DNA of 64,000 nt. Source: an uncultured Armatimonadetes bacterium. Its GTDB lineage: Bacteria; Armatimonadota; UBA5829; DTJY01. The position numbers and the translations under genes were made by a program. The notes beneath the pieces are model-generated. The model was not told the DNA's origin, made no database searches, and was given only the letters and a program-made list of their open reading frames with translations. The DNA is taken from positions 1,376,001-1,440,000 of the forward strand of contig OY970325.1 in the NCBI GenBank assembly GCA_963717145.1, written 5' to 3'. The first letter of the stretch is position 1. Each line of letters begins with the position of its first letter. Shown here piece by piece: positions 1-10,697 of the stretch.

Positions 1-12
1 CGCGGCCCCGAT

Positions 13-927
13 ATGCCGAGCGCCCATGACTACCTCGGGTGCGGAGTGATGGACGGCCTCTTCGTCGTCGCGGGCGGGGCCTACTGGGAGCACGATCAGA
101 AGCATTACGGCCGGGGGACGATCGCATACTCGCCGATCCAGGGCCGATGGATCACGCTCCCCGACCTCCCGAAGTCGGGCGCATACGGGGCGTCCGCGGT
201 GATCGATGGCCAACTCGTGATCGCGGGCGGCGCGGATTCGACAGGCGCCCTCAAGTCGTGCTTCCGGCTCAGGCGCGTCGACGGACGGCTGAGATGGGAT
301 TCGCTCCCCGATCTCCCCCGACCGATCTGGGGCGCATCGGGGGCGGCGCTCGGTAAGCGATTCTACGTCGTTGGCGGCGCGCCGGGAATGGACCCACAGG
401 CTCTCAAGGGCGCTCATCCGAGCCTCCTTATGCTCGATCTCTCGGCGGTCCGGCCCGAATGGGTCGAGTTCGTCGGCCCCACCCTGCCCGCGGGTCGAGT
501 CGGCGCGGCATCGGCAGTCGTCGGCACGAAGCTCTTCGTCTTCGGGGGATATGGGCTTCAGGCGGACCGCGCGCTCGGCAACTTTGCGGATGCGCACATG
601 ACCGATCTGGGTGAGAATCCGCGGACTTGGATGCGGATCAAGGCCATGCCGCTCACCATGAGATGGTCGTCCGCGCGAGCGATCGACGATCGGTACGTAA
701 TGATTGCCGGCGGATATGCCGAGAGTCAAAGCAGCGGGTTCCTTGATAAGGTCTGGTTCTATGACACGACGGACGACCAGTACTTGCCCTGTGATCCCCT
801 ACCCCTGCCGGTCGCCACAATGGCCTCGTGTGTGGGCGGCGATGGAACGATCTACCTCGCAGGTGGAGAAGATGCCTTGCGCCGCCGCTCGTCGGCGTTC
901 TTCGTCGGCCGGCTCGGAGACCGGTAG
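13..927 (+). CDS. Kelch-repeat beta-propeller protein (start may lie upstream of the window)
   Basis: Repeated hhhhGG...W..L.DLP Kelch motifs (LFVVAGG, LVIAGG, FYVVGG, LFVFGG, IYLAGG). Confidence 0.85.
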   Translation: MPSAHDYLGCGVMDGLFVVAGGAYWEHDQKHYGRGTIAYSPIQGRWITLPDLPKSGAYGASAVIDGQLVIAGGADSTGALKSCFRLRRVDGRLRWDSLPDLPRPIWGASGAALGKRFYVVGGAPGMDPQALKGAHPSLLMLDLSAVRPEWVEFVGPTLPAGRVGAASAVVGTKLFVFGGYGLQADRALGNFADAHMTDLGENPRTWMRIKAMPLTMRWSSARAIDDRYVMIAGGYAESQSSGFLDKVWFYDTTDDQYLPCDPLPLPVATMASCVGGDGTIYLAGGEDALRRRSSAFFVGRLGDR

Positions 928-975
928 CCTGCGATCGGCGGGCCTGTCCCCAGCGAAGTTCGAGGAGTTATCGAA

Positions 976-1206
976 GTGATGACCCGTGAATATACAGTAG
1001 TGCTGACTCCGGAGCCTGAGGGAGGGTTCACGATCACCGTACCGGCACTGCCCTGCTATGTCGGACATGCGGAGACGGAGGAAGAAGCCCTCACGCTTGC
1101 CGAAGAAGGCATCAAGTTCCACATAGACTCGCTTATCGCAGAGGGACAGCCGGTGCCGGAGGAAGTCAACGCGCTTCGCGTCCTCAGACTCAGAGTGGCC
1201 GCGTAG
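976..1206 (+). CDS. hicB: HicB-family antitoxin
   Basis: YTVVLTPEPEGGFTITVPALPCYVGHAETEEEAL...EGQPVP pattern; GAGGAG RBS. Confidence 0.85.
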   Translation: MMTREYTVVLTPEPEGGFTITVPALPCYVGHAETEEEALTLAEEGIKFHIDSLIAEGQPVPEEVNALRVLRLRVAA

Positions 1207-1266
1207 CCCAGCGTCTTCGCTCCTTGATCTCGATCGAGGTGATGAACATTGAGTAGGCCAGCACGC

Positions 1267-1704
1267 TCAAGGTGTCTTCGCGTAATACATCCCAAAGTCA
1301 GGGTTTCGGATGAGACGCACCTCTCCTCTCGCCACCGTCACTGGCAATCCAATACTGGTAAGCTTTTCAAGCGGATATCGCATCGACGCGTCGGGGTCCG
1401 GCACGTATAAGTAGCCGAACAGTTCTAAGCGCGGGAGCGCATCCTGGTTGTCCACGAACGCCCATGTGCCCTTATTCCTGACTTTCGCATGCTTGCCCTT
1501 GGGACTGAACTCCTGTACGTACGTGCCGTTCGCCAGCAACTGAAGCGTTTCCGTCCCATGATTCCGGCCATTATATGCGTGCGAGATTGCGTAGTTACCG
1601 ACCACCATGCTCTTGGTGGCTCTGGGTCCACAACTGGTACAGATGACTGCCATCACTGTCACCACGACCGCCATGAACGTGATGCCTGTGCTCCGTCTAA
1701 TCAC
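1267..1704 (-). CDS. Hypothetical lipoprotein
   Basis: Hydrophobic N-terminus ending in lipobox-like ICTSC. Confidence 0.6.
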   Translation of the reverse strand: MIRRSTGITFMAVVVTVMAVICTSCGPRATKSMVVGNYAISHAYNGRNHGTETLQLLANGTYVQEFSPKGKHAKVRNKGTWAFVDNQDALPRLELFGYLYVPDPDASMRYPLEKLTSIGLPVTVARGEVRLIRNPDFGMYYAKTP

Positions 1705-1743
1705 CTTGATCCTCCATCGATCTGATCGACACCGAACCCCTGG

Positions 1744-3138
1744 CTAGCGGAACCTCACCGAGTACAGGTCCGCGTCCTTCATCTTCACACGCAAGCGCAC
1801 GGGCTCGCCGGCGAGGGATGAGAGGTCGCTGCCACCCTTCCACTTCACCACCCGCTCGATCTCGTCGCCGTAGATCGGCGGGCAGTCGTCCATCGTGAAG
1901 CCCGGGATCGGCTCACTGGCAGCGTCCTGGATCTCGACGACGACCCCGCCGGGAGCGGAGGTCGAGTAGTTGATCACCAACTCCTTGCCCGCGAACGTGA
2001 GCGGCTTCGTGACGAACTCCCCTCCCCCATAGCCCGCGTTGATCGAGACGAAGCCATCGGTGCGGACGGTCGTGCGGACCATGTGCGCGCTCGTATGGCG
2101 ATAGTGCTGAGAGTAGTAGATGGAGATCTCGCCCGGCTTCAGCTCGAGGATCCCCCAGGCGGCCATCACATTGCGATCGGTCCAGTTCATCGGATCGAGG
2201 CCGGGGCGCATGAAGGCTTCGGGCCAACGATGGAAGGTCATGCCGTCCCGGCTGCTCATGAACACACCGTCGGAGACGCCATCGATGGGATGAGACTCGA
2301 TCGCCTTCCGCCCGAGGACGATGCGCTTCGGGAAGCCGAGGTATATGTGCGGCGCGCGGAAGTATGGGGTAATCGCGTTCGTGTAAAGCTGCTCGGGGGG
2401 CGCTCCCGTGTACTCCACCCATACGGGCGCGGACCAGTGCACGAAGTCCTTCGAGGTAGAGCACTTGATCTCGCGGAGGTGGTTCCGATAGCCCCTGAAG
2501 TAGCAGACGTACTCCCCGCGCCTGGCGTCCCAGAAGGCCAGGTTGTGCGAGTCGAAGTTGCCGTCGGTGATGACGGGCTGATCACCGATCTGCTTCCATC
2601 GGTATCCATCGGGGGATGTGTAAGCGAAAAGCGCGTTCCCTGTGCCCTCGGCGTTCATCGGGGCGACGGCCTTATACTGCTCCTCAGGCTTGGCGCCGGG
2701 ATTGGAATCCTTGAACGGTGAAAACGCGTGACCGCCCGCGACCATCCAGACGATGTTGTTCTCCTTCGAGCCGTCGAAGTCGAAGAGCCCGAGCTTCGGC
2801 CGCGTGAAGTGGATTCCGTCAACACTCTCAGCGACACAGGTGAATTCGGGATGCTTGACCGTGCCCGATGAGCCGCGGTAGTACATGCGGTACTTGCTGC
2901 CATCATGGAACACGGTCACGTAGGCGCTCGTATCGCCCTCCCAGGGTGCGTCGAAACGGAATACCTCCTCTTGCGGGACGGGATGATGGAGCATCAACTC
3001 AACGCCATCCATCTTCTCGATCAGGTGGTCGTCCCACAGCGGCTCGAGGTGCGATCCGATGTCGATGGCGAGCTGGGCTTGGACCGCCGATACCAACATG
3101 GCGAGCGATATCATGAGCAGAACCCTCCCGGTGTGCAT
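1744..3138 (-). CDS. Secreted beta-propeller glycoside hydrolase-like protein
   Basis: Signal peptide; YRMYYRG, AESVDG, SPDG..W, SKDF..W, SRDG..F repeats; GGAGG RBS before ATG at 3138. Confidence 0.75.
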   Translation of the reverse strand: MHTGRVLLMISLAMLVSAVQAQLAIDIGSHLEPLWDDHLIEKMDGVELMLHHPVPQEEVFRFDAPWEGDTSAYVTVFHDGSKYRMYYRGSSGTVKHPEFTCVAESVDGIHFTRPKLGLFDFDGSKENNIVWMVAGGHAFSPFKDSNPGAKPEEQYKAVAPMNAEGTGNALFAYTSPDGYRWKQIGDQPVITDGNFDSHNLAFWDARRGEYVCYFRGYRNHLREIKCSTSKDFVHWSAPVWVEYTGAPPEQLYTNAITPYFRAPHIYLGFPKRIVLGRKAIESHPIDGVSDGVFMSSRDGMTFHRWPEAFMRPGLDPMNWTDRNVMAAWGILELKPGEISIYYSQHYRHTSAHMVRTTVRTDGFVSINAGYGGGEFVTKPLTFAGKELVINYSTSAPGGVVVEIQDAASEPIPGFTMDDCPPIYGDEIERVVKWKGGSDLSSLAGEPVRLRVKMKDADLYSVRFR

Positions 3139-3227
3139 GAGTGCCTCCATGGAAATGGCGAATTGCCGCTGGGATTCTACCACTGGAAGGGCAGGTACGG
3201 CAAATGGCAGGACCCCTGCCGGCGTCC

Positions 3228-5237
3228 CTACGGCCAGGGGAATGCCGGGGTTGGCGCGCCGGTCAGCATCCCGATCACCGCCCAGACCACAGCCATCCCG
3301 AACTCGCCGATGACCATCCCGAGGAACCACGGCCGCGCCTTCATATAGAGGCTCATCCCGCCGTATCGCAGGATCAGCGATTTGACCAGCCATGCGACGA
3401 GGCAGGAGAACCAGAAGACCGACGTCGTCCACGAGATGCAAAGCGCGTATCCGAGCGGGTGGAACGGCCACCAGAAGAACATCGCCCGCATGTAGGACAG
3501 GAAGATGGTGACGATTATCCCCACGGCGAAGAAGACCGGCGCCTGCCACGTGAGCGCAGTCGTGCCGGCCATGTGCGTCTGGTATTCGCTGAAAGCCCAG
3601 ACCGGGTTGCCCTGATACGTGTACCAGTACATCGTGATCGCACCCTTGTGATACGGCAGCCACAATTGCAGGAAGCCCGCGACCCCGAGCGCGGCGATAA
3701 TGGCGATACCGAAGACCGGGAGGAATGCCCTCCGCCGGACGTTGCTCCCATCGGCGATCTTCAGGCCGTCGAGGAATCCCGTCAGCAGCAGGCCTCTCTG
3801 GTCGCGCAGGAATGCACCGTCGAAGAAAGTCAGCATCATGATGTTCGACGAGCCGAGCGTATGGACCGGCGCGAACATGCGATAGAAGTCGATCGGCCGG
3901 AAGCTGGTCTCCGTCATCAGCATCCCCGCCTCAGCCGTGCTCCTGGCCATCACGAGCGCGATGATGAAGATGAAGACGCCGAACTCCAGCAGCGCGACCC
4001 AGAGCGACATACCTGCCAGGAGGCACCATCCCATGATGAGCGCGAGACTGAGGAAGAGCCCCCAGAAGGCGACGCTGTATGGCATCATCTCCTGGCTGTC
4101 GTCGACCTTCTCCTGCCCGAGCGCGGCACGAACGACGCTCTTCAGGTGCGGACGTGATACATAGACCAGGTAGGCCGCCAGGACGACATATGCACCGACG
4201 ACCTGATAGCCGATGAAGAGCGGGGTGCCGTACATCGGCATGACCTGCGGCTCCATGTTGAATGATGTGGCGACGACGTCCTGCACTCGCGCAAGGATCG
4301 CAAAGAACCAGAGAGCGAACAGCAGGTCCGATGGCAGCAGGAAGAAGAACCCGATCGCCGCGAAAGAAAGGTATGCTGTCGTGAAGTACATGGTATCCCA
4401 CGGTGGATTCACCAGGTATTCATTGATGCTCCGGCTCAGCAGTATCTGGGGAATGTTCGGATACCAGTTGTGAAGCCCGTTGAACGCGAATATCACCGCC
4501 GGAAGGGCCACTCCGCCCCAGAAGAGCTTGCTGCCAAAGAGAGATGTACCCGAGCCTTCGCGGACTAGTTCCAGCGGCGGCTGAACGAGCGGGAAGGCCA
4601 GCTTCTCGTTGTCTACCCACTGACGCCGGAGGATGCTCGCCAGGCAGAGGAACGCGAAGATGATCAGCAGGACCAGAATGCCCCACGCAACGAGAGGTAC
4701 CAGCCACGCGCCCCACGGGATGCTCTCACCGCCCCGCAGGCCCTCGTAGAACCTCTGTGCGGTAAGCTGCGGCTCCGTGCTCTGCGGGTCGAAGGGGACC
4801 ATCCACTTCTTCATATGTGGGAAGAAGAGTTCCTGCCAGCGATTGGCGACGTTGGAGAAGTAGCTCGGCGTAACCAGCAGCGGGATGATCTTCTCCATCA
4901 CGCCTCGCGAGGAGACCATCGATGCCACCAGCATCATGCAGTAGATCATCATCAACTCGCCCGCGCTGAGGCCGAATGCCCGGCGCAGGCGCTGCATGCC
5001 CTTGTTCAGAAGCATCAGGAAGAAGAATATGCCGATCACGGCAGGCGGCATCTGGAGGAAGCCGATCTGGATGCTCATGATGACCAGTTCGGCATACGAG
5101 ACTACGAAGCACACGAGGGCGACGAGCATCAGGCCGATGATGATCGCCCGCAGGGAGATACCAGTGCGACCGCCGGCGCTCTCCGGCGGTATGGATACGG
5201 GTACTGGTGCTTTCTGGTCCGGGCCGGAAGCTGGCAT
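3228..5237 (-). CDS. Polytopic membrane protein, DUF6785/DUF6784-like
   Basis: Many TM helices; LRRQWVDNEKLAFPL and WWPFHPLGY...LILRYGG motifs. Confidence 0.75.
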   Translation of the reverse strand: MPASGPDQKAPVPVSIPPESAGGRTGISLRAIIIGLMLVALVCFVVSYAELVIMSIQIGFLQMPPAVIGIFFFLMLLNKGMQRLRRAFGLSAGELMMIYCMMLVASMVSSRGVMEKIIPLLVTPSYFSNVANRWQELFFPHMKKWMVPFDPQSTEPQLTAQRFYEGLRGGESIPWGAWLVPLVAWGILVLLIIFAFLCLASILRRQWVDNEKLAFPLVQPPLELVREGSGTSLFGSKLFWGGVALPAVIFAFNGLHNWYPNIPQILLSRSINEYLVNPPWDTMYFTTAYLSFAAIGFFFLLPSDLLFALWFFAILARVQDVVATSFNMEPQVMPMYGTPLFIGYQVVGAYVVLAAYLVYVSRPHLKSVVRAALGQEKVDDSQEMMPYSVAFWGLFLSLALIMGWCLLAGMSLWVALLEFGVFIFIIALVMARSTAEAGMLMTETSFRPIDFYRMFAPVHTLGSSNIMMLTFFDGAFLRDQRGLLLTGFLDGLKIADGSNVRRRAFLPVFGIAIIAALGVAGFLQLWLPYHKGAITMYWYTYQGNPVWAFSEYQTHMAGTTALTWQAPVFFAVGIIVTIFLSYMRAMFFWWPFHPLGYALCISWTTSVFWFSCLVAWLVKSLILRYGGMSLYMKARPWFLGMVIGEFGMAVVWAVIGMLTGAPTPAFPWP

Positions 5238-5385
5238 GTCGTCTTTCTATCTGTCATTAGAGCGCAGAAGGGGGATTGCGCTGCTGGTCATTACGCTGAG
5301 GACACACGCAGAGTATAGCCGGACGAGACGCGTCTGTCAAACACACGCGCGATGTTGGGTCTGGAGTTGGACTCCAGACCCAACA

Positions 5386-6711
5386 TCAGTCCAGAGGGCG
5401 AAGGTCGAAGGAATCGCGGAGACGGAGTGCGGGAAGGTAGGTGCTGCCATTCAGGAAGAAAGTGTTAATTCCGATCACTTGCACCCATCTTTCGACTGCT
5501 GGAGGAGTCAGTCCGTCGCACAACACCCGCAGCCCGATGCTGCCCGTACCATCCCTCACTCCGGAGCCATCATCCACGTAGAAGAAGCCGGTCCCACGAT
5601 CCGTCACTCTTCCCCAGGTCCCGACCAACATCGCGGAGGTGCACAGGCCGGTCGTTCCGAGGGTGTGCGTCACACCCGTGTCCGGCCCATAGAGCGCAAT
5701 GGACTTGGCCGTCATCCCGAGTGGCTTAACCGTCCCGGGATCTACCTCCGTGAACGTCGACACTCGGATCGCTTTCTCTCCGTCCGACATCTCTATCGTC
5801 CCCGACAGGTTGACGATCCAGTCGCGAGGTGGCAATGGGCTTCCGATGAGCTTGATTCCGCTCGACCGCTCCGCGGACTCGATGCGACCACGATCGCCCG
5901 CCGAAGCGGTCACGATCGCCAACTCTACCGATATCTCTGTCCCGGGTGAGGCCTGCCTGGCCGTCGAAATCGTCACCACGGGCGGCGTCGGCGCATCCCC
6001 GTCATAGGCCATGCATCTAATCGCCCAGCCGCTTCCGAACACGATATTGCCCACAATAGAGCCTGTAACGGGGTCCACCTTGGATACGGTGCTACTGCCT
6101 GCGATCCCTGCCACCCACAGATGCCCGGCGCCGTACGTCAATGCGCGGATGCAGTTTGTATCTGATAATACGAACGACTGCGCGATCGTGCCGTCCGCGG
6201 GATTCACCTTCCTGACCCGGGCACAATGAGAACCGTCCACGACCCACAGGAAGCCGCCACCGTATGCGACGTGGAGGATCCCGGACGAGCCGACCGGACC
6301 GACGGAACTGATGAGGTCGCCGGTTGATGGATCGATCTTCGCGATCGTCGAGTTGTCCCTGGCGACCCAGAGGAAGCCGTCACCGTATGCGATCTCGACT
6401 CCGCAGTTGCTGCCCTGGAGGCCAATAACATTCACATCACCGGTCGTGGGATCGGTCCGGGAGACGGAATTGCAGCTGAAGGGGCCAAGGACCCAGAGCC
6501 GGCCTGCTCCGGCCGCGACTCCAAGCGTGCAAAGCTCGCCGCCTACGATGCTAAAGGTCTGGTCGGAGGTCCCGCCGGTCACCGGGTACCGATACAGCGA
6601 GCGGCACGACGACAGGTCCATCACCCATATGGTATCCGCGCTCGCCATGCATGAGCTGAGGACAAGCAGCAGTAAGGTTAGGGGAATGAGGCGTCTACGC
6701 AGGATGACCAT
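5386..6711 (-). CDS. Secreted beta-propeller protein with conserved C-terminal domain
   Basis: Signal peptide; repeated AYG.G.LWV...KxDP.TG blades; C-terminal TWGRVT...FYVDDGSG domain. Confidence 0.75.
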   Translation of the reverse strand: MVILRRRLIPLTLLLLVLSSCMASADTIWVMDLSSCRSLYRYPVTGGTSDQTFSIVGGELCTLGVAAGAGRLWVLGPFSCNSVSRTDPTTGDVNVIGLQGSNCGVEIAYGDGFLWVARDNSTIAKIDPSTGDLISSVGPVGSSGILHVAYGGGFLWVVDGSHCARVRKVNPADGTIAQSFVLSDTNCIRALTYGAGHLWVAGIAGSSTVSKVDPVTGSIVGNIVFGSGWAIRCMAYDGDAPTPPVVTISTARQASPGTEISVELAIVTASAGDRGRIESAERSSGIKLIGSPLPPRDWIVNLSGTIEMSDGEKAIRVSTFTEVDPGTVKPLGMTAKSIALYGPDTGVTHTLGTTGLCTSAMLVGTWGRVTDRGTGFFYVDDGSGVRDGTGSIGLRVLCDGLTPPAVERWVQVIGINTFFLNGSTYLPALRLRDSFDLRPLD

Positions 6712-6795
6712 CTCTTAGACCACTGACGGCGGCGTAAGGACTGTGCTACTGAAAGAAAAGCGATTATCACCAAGTGATAGGCCGGAGACATTATA

Positions 6796-7893
6796 CTAAG
6801 CCGACGCCTTCTTGTCAAGTGCCTGTGCCGCGATATACGCCTGAGTGGATTCGAGAGGCACTCCGTTGAGGTCGGCGCATTCATTGGCGATGCGCATCGA
6901 TTCCTCGACGGCAAGGCCGCAGTCGAGCGCCTTTGGATGCGGGCTGACGAGCGACTCGAAGTTGGCGCGGTAGATACGGGTCAGCACGTCGGGCGGCAGG
7001 GCGATCCCCCGCATGATGCCATCCTCCGGCGGGCCGAGCACGAAGTCCGCTCCCTCGGGGACACGGTATTGGTCCGAGGTCTCGAGCCAGCGCGTGATAA
7101 TGCCGAGCCGCAAACGCGCCTCCTCGTCTGTATGGTTGCTCGATATGTCGGTCCCGAGTATCAACCGGTGTTGATACTTGATGAAGAATTCTTGCGATGC
7201 CTGTACATCTCTGGACATATTGTAGAACATCTCGATCCCCGGGCAGACGTCGAGCTTGACGTTAGGGAACCGGTCGAGAAGCCGTGACGCGCGAGGGAGA
7301 TCCGCCGAGAGGAAGTAGAAGTGCGCGAAGACGATGTTCAGCTTCGGGTGACGCTCCAGGACGTTGCGGACCTCCGAGTAGAGCTGCTCCTTGGGTATCC
7401 AGGTCTCGTCATAGCCCCACCCTCGCTCCGTGGCCCATCCCGGCGTCAGCTCGGGGTACCAGAACTCCTCCGGGTCGTTGACGTGCCAGACGATCGGGAC
7501 GCCGAGCGCCTCGACATGGGCAAAGTAGTCGGCGAAATATGGGCCGTCGATCGGGATGTCGACCATGCGGCGATGCGTCGGCTTGTTCTCGAGCATCTTG
7601 ATCCCGTCACAGCCGATCGCGAGCAGGCGGTCCACCTGCTCCACCAGCGAGGGCGTCACTATCCTGCCGCCGCTCCAGTATGAGGCGTGATCGAGGCTGC
7701 CGAAGACGTAGAACCTGTCGGGGTACTCCGCCTTGGTCGCGAACGCGGGCGGGTTGTGATTGATCACCTCACGCCCGTAGATGCAGACGATGTTCATCCG
7801 CTCGACGCCGACGTGCCGGCGGATGCGCTCCAGGGCGGCCCGCTCGTTCACGTGGCGCAGGTGGACATGGCTGTCGATGATGGTCGAGTTCAT
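6796..7893 (-). CDS. Amidohydrolase family protein
   Basis: IIDSHVH, FAHF and LGTD motifs; start placed downstream of the REP doublet. Confidence 0.85.
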   Translation of the reverse strand: MNSTIIDSHVHLRHVNERAALERIRRHVGVERMNIVCIYGREVINHNPPAFATKAEYPDRFYVFGSLDHASYWSGGRIVTPSLVEQVDRLLAIGCDGIKMLENKPTHRRMVDIPIDGPYFADYFAHVEALGVPIVWHVNDPEEFWYPELTPGWATERGWGYDETWIPKEQLYSEVRNVLERHPKLNIVFAHFYFLSADLPRASRLLDRFPNVKLDVCPGIEMFYNMSRDVQASQEFFIKYQHRLILGTDISSNHTDEEARLRLGIITRWLETSDQYRVPEGADFVLGPPEDGIMRGIALPPDVLTRIYRANFESLVSPHPKALDCGLAVEESMRIANECADLNGVPLESTQAYIAAQALDKKASA

Positions 7894-7908
7894 GGTTTTC
7901 CTGGTCTC

Positions 7909-8004
7909 ACGTAGTGGCCGTGCCTCCGTGCCGGCCTGCACTGTGATACGTCTCCGCCACGCCATGATACGGTGCAGGCCGGCACGGAGGCACGGCCACT
8001 ACGT
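7909..8004. repeat. REP doublet (GTAGTGGCCGTGCCTCCGTGCCGGCC class)
   Basis: Inverted pair GTAG...CTAC in intergenic space; near-identical copy at 23700-23796. Confidence 0.85.
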
Positions 8005-8010
8005 AGATAG

Positions 8011-10446
8011 CTACCGCGCGCTGAACGTGTGCCTTCCTGCTTCTTTGATGGTAACCGGCGGTTGGCCGGGAAGCGAGACATCGGCGGCCATGCCCTCGGG
8101 GATCGTGACGACCATGCTGAACGCCTTGCCGATGATCTTCCACTCCGCCTTGATGTCGCCAAGGGGGGTCGGAACGATTCCCCTCGCCCATCGCAGATCG
8201 GCGGTGTTCGGGGCGATCGTCACGCGCTTGAATCCCGGCTCGGCGGGTCGGACGCCGAGGATGTACCCCGGCAGGTAGGCTGTCGGCGCGGAGGCCCATC
8301 CGTGGCAGAGCGAGTTGTTCGTGTTCCACTGCTCCCAGAAGGTCGTCGCGCCCCAGTCCAGCATCACGCCCCAATTCGTCCGCATGTAGTCGAGCGATTC
8401 CTGCACCATCCCGTGCCGCAGGAGGGCCTGAAGCCAGTAGTAGGCGAAGTACGAGCCCCCCGGGATAACGCCCTTCGATGTGTCCATGCAGTACCCGAGG
8501 ATCTCCATCCGGCGTTCCAGTGGGGCAATGTCATACGCCGCGACCAGGGCGTTCGGCATCTGGCTCGTCTTCGGGGAGAATGCCTGCTTCTCCTCGGACC
8601 ACCATTCCGGATATGCGCCCCTCGCCGGATCGTAGAGCCGGGCGTTGATCGCCTCCTGAAGTGCCGATGCCATCGCCGCGTACTTCTCGACGCCCTCGGA
8701 GTCCCCCGCAAGACGCGCCATGTTCGACGCATGAGTGAGCGTCTCGTAGTAGAAGCAGTTCATCACCGAGACCGCGCCCTCATACTCCGTCTGCGTCCAC
8801 TCGATGAACATCCAGCCGGGGATGTTGCTTATCAGGCCGTTCTTGTCCCTGAACTGTTCGAAGAAGCCGATGAGCTTCTCGACCTTCGGGTACATCTCCT
8901 TCACAAGCTCCGTGTCGCCAGTATAGGTGTAGTAGTCCCAGATCGAACCGACCCAGATCAGCATGAACGACGGGATGTACTGGTCGAACACGCCGGGATA
9001 GAAGCAGGCGGTCGAGCCGTCCTCCTTCTGCGACTGGCCGATCTGTACGATCCCCTGGCGGATGAGCTTGTAGTCGCCGAACGCGTAGTAATTGCTCATC
9101 GCCTCAAGCCGCGCGTCGCCCCACCACTGAGTGCGCTCCCTCCACGGGCAGTCGGTGTACGCATCCTCCATGTTGAGCTGAACGGTGTACGCCCCGATCC
9201 GCCATATGTCGTTCAGCCGCTTGTCGGAGCACTGGAACTCGCCGTTCCACTGCACGGGATATGTGTTGAAGTTGACGCTCACCGACTCGACGGTCACCGG
9301 CTCGGTGATGTCGCGGAAGTCGATCTGCATGTACCGGAACCCCCGGCGATCGAAGACCTCCCATTCCTGCCGGCCCGGCTTGATGACGTACCGGTCGGCA
9401 TAGTTGACGCCGTGCCGATTCGGATCGACCTTGCCGTCGGTGAGAAGCTCCCCATATCCGAGGTCGACGGTCCCGGTACCCTTCGTCGAGATCTTAATCC
9501 TCGGCATCCCGGCGACCTCCCAGCCGAAGTCGAGGACGAGATATACCGCCTTCCCAGCGGCGCGTTCCTCCGGCGGGAGAGGGTAGAACGTGCACACACC
9601 CCTGCCCTCGTTCGCCTTCTCCCAGGTCTTACGGGCAACGGACTCCTTCGGCCCGCCCGGGTCGATCGGCTGGGCCTTGAAGATGTCCTCCACGTTCGGG
9701 CGCTTGAAGAGGGCCGACGTGTTCGATGCGACCTTGTCGGACGGCGTCTTCTTCTCGCGCGACATCAGCGGCGAGACGTGGTTCTTCGGCACATCGACCC
9801 CGGTCGGATCGGCGACTCCGACCTCCACGACGCCAACTGGATGGATCTCCCTATCATAGAGGAAAGGGATCGACCGCTCCGTCAGGTTACTCCAGGGCAA
9901 GTCGCCTTTGATGACGGTTGCGCGCTCCCACTTCGAGTCGTCGAAGCCCACGTCGGTCCATCCCTCAGGAGCCTTGTTTGCGTCGTATACCTCGTAGAAC
10001 TCCTGCTGGATCGAGATGCGCGGGATATCGCTGACGAACGCCTCCGCCCGCTTCACACGCCATGAGCCATCCGAGACGACGGAGAGCAGCTTCGACTCAG
10101 GATACGTGACCAGTCCGTCGAAGAGGAATCCCCCACGCCCGAGGATATATGTGAATGTGTTGATGCCGTAGTGATGGACGAGCGCGGCGATCGAGTTCTT
10201 GCCCTTGTGGAGGCTCTTCGTGAGATCGTAGGTGTCGTACTGCTGCCATCGGGGATCGGAGCGCACCGGTCCGCGTCCGACGAGCTTGCCGTTGACGTAG
10301 AGCTTGTACCGGCTGTCGGCGGAGACGTGGACGACCACCTTCATCGGCTCGGTAGGAAGGTCCACGACCTTGCGCATATACATGTAGGAGTTGACCGGCT
10401 GCTGAGCGCCGGAGTCCCAGATCCAGTTGACGTCTGCGGTTATCAT
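8011..10446 (-). CDS. Alpha-L-rhamnosidase, GH78
   Basis: SADSRYKLYVNG, DCPWRERTQWWGD, GATTFWE and SLCHGW motifs. Confidence 0.92.
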   Translation of the reverse strand: MITADVNWIWDSGAQQPVNSYMYMRKVVDLPTEPMKVVVHVSADSRYKLYVNGKLVGRGPVRSDPRWQQYDTYDLTKSLHKGKNSIAALVHHYGINTFTYILGRGGFLFDGLVTYPESKLLSVVSDGSWRVKRAEAFVSDIPRISIQQEFYEVYDANKAPEGWTDVGFDDSKWERATVIKGDLPWSNLTERSIPFLYDREIHPVGVVEVGVADPTGVDVPKNHVSPLMSREKKTPSDKVASNTSALFKRPNVEDIFKAQPIDPGGPKESVARKTWEKANEGRGVCTFYPLPPEERAAGKAVYLVLDFGWEVAGMPRIKISTKGTGTVDLGYGELLTDGKVDPNRHGVNYADRYVIKPGRQEWEVFDRRGFRYMQIDFRDITEPVTVESVSVNFNTYPVQWNGEFQCSDKRLNDIWRIGAYTVQLNMEDAYTDCPWRERTQWWGDARLEAMSNYYAFGDYKLIRQGIVQIGQSQKEDGSTACFYPGVFDQYIPSFMLIWVGSIWDYYTYTGDTELVKEMYPKVEKLIGFFEQFRDKNGLISNIPGWMFIEWTQTEYEGAVSVMNCFYYETLTHASNMARLAGDSEGVEKYAAMASALQEAINARLYDPARGAYPEWWSEEKQAFSPKTSQMPNALVAAYDIAPLERRMEILGYCMDTSKGVIPGGSYFAYYWLQALLRHGMVQESLDYMRTNWGVMLDWGATTFWEQWNTNNSLCHGWASAPTAYLPGYILGVRPAEPGFKRVTIAPNTADLRWARGIVPTPLGDIKAEWKIIGKAFSMVVTIPEGMAADVSLPGQPPVTIKEAGRHTFSAR

Positions 10447-10697
10447 CGTCACCTCACGTGGAGTTCTCCCTGAGGTGTTCAGCGGGCAGCGGGCGGTTTC
10501 CTCTGCTCCCGCTCTCTCGCCAATGGTGATCCGGGATTCCGCGTTCACAATTCCACATTCGGACCGGTTGCCCGGGTGACGCAGGCCGCGTCAGGGTAAA
10601 AAGGGACGTGGTGGAACAATAGGTCGCCGTCAAGCAGTCAAAGCCAGTGACTGGGGCGGAGCCCTGGGATCCGTCAGACATTAGTGGAGGTGTCGAA

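Noticed and set aside
3139-3663. N-terminal extension of the 639-aa ORF
   Set aside because: Overlaps the DUF6785-like gene; RBS and signal peptide point to 3138.
8029-10065. Long antisense ORFs such as this 678-aa one
   Set aside because: Shadow frames of GC-rich genes with no recognisable motifs.
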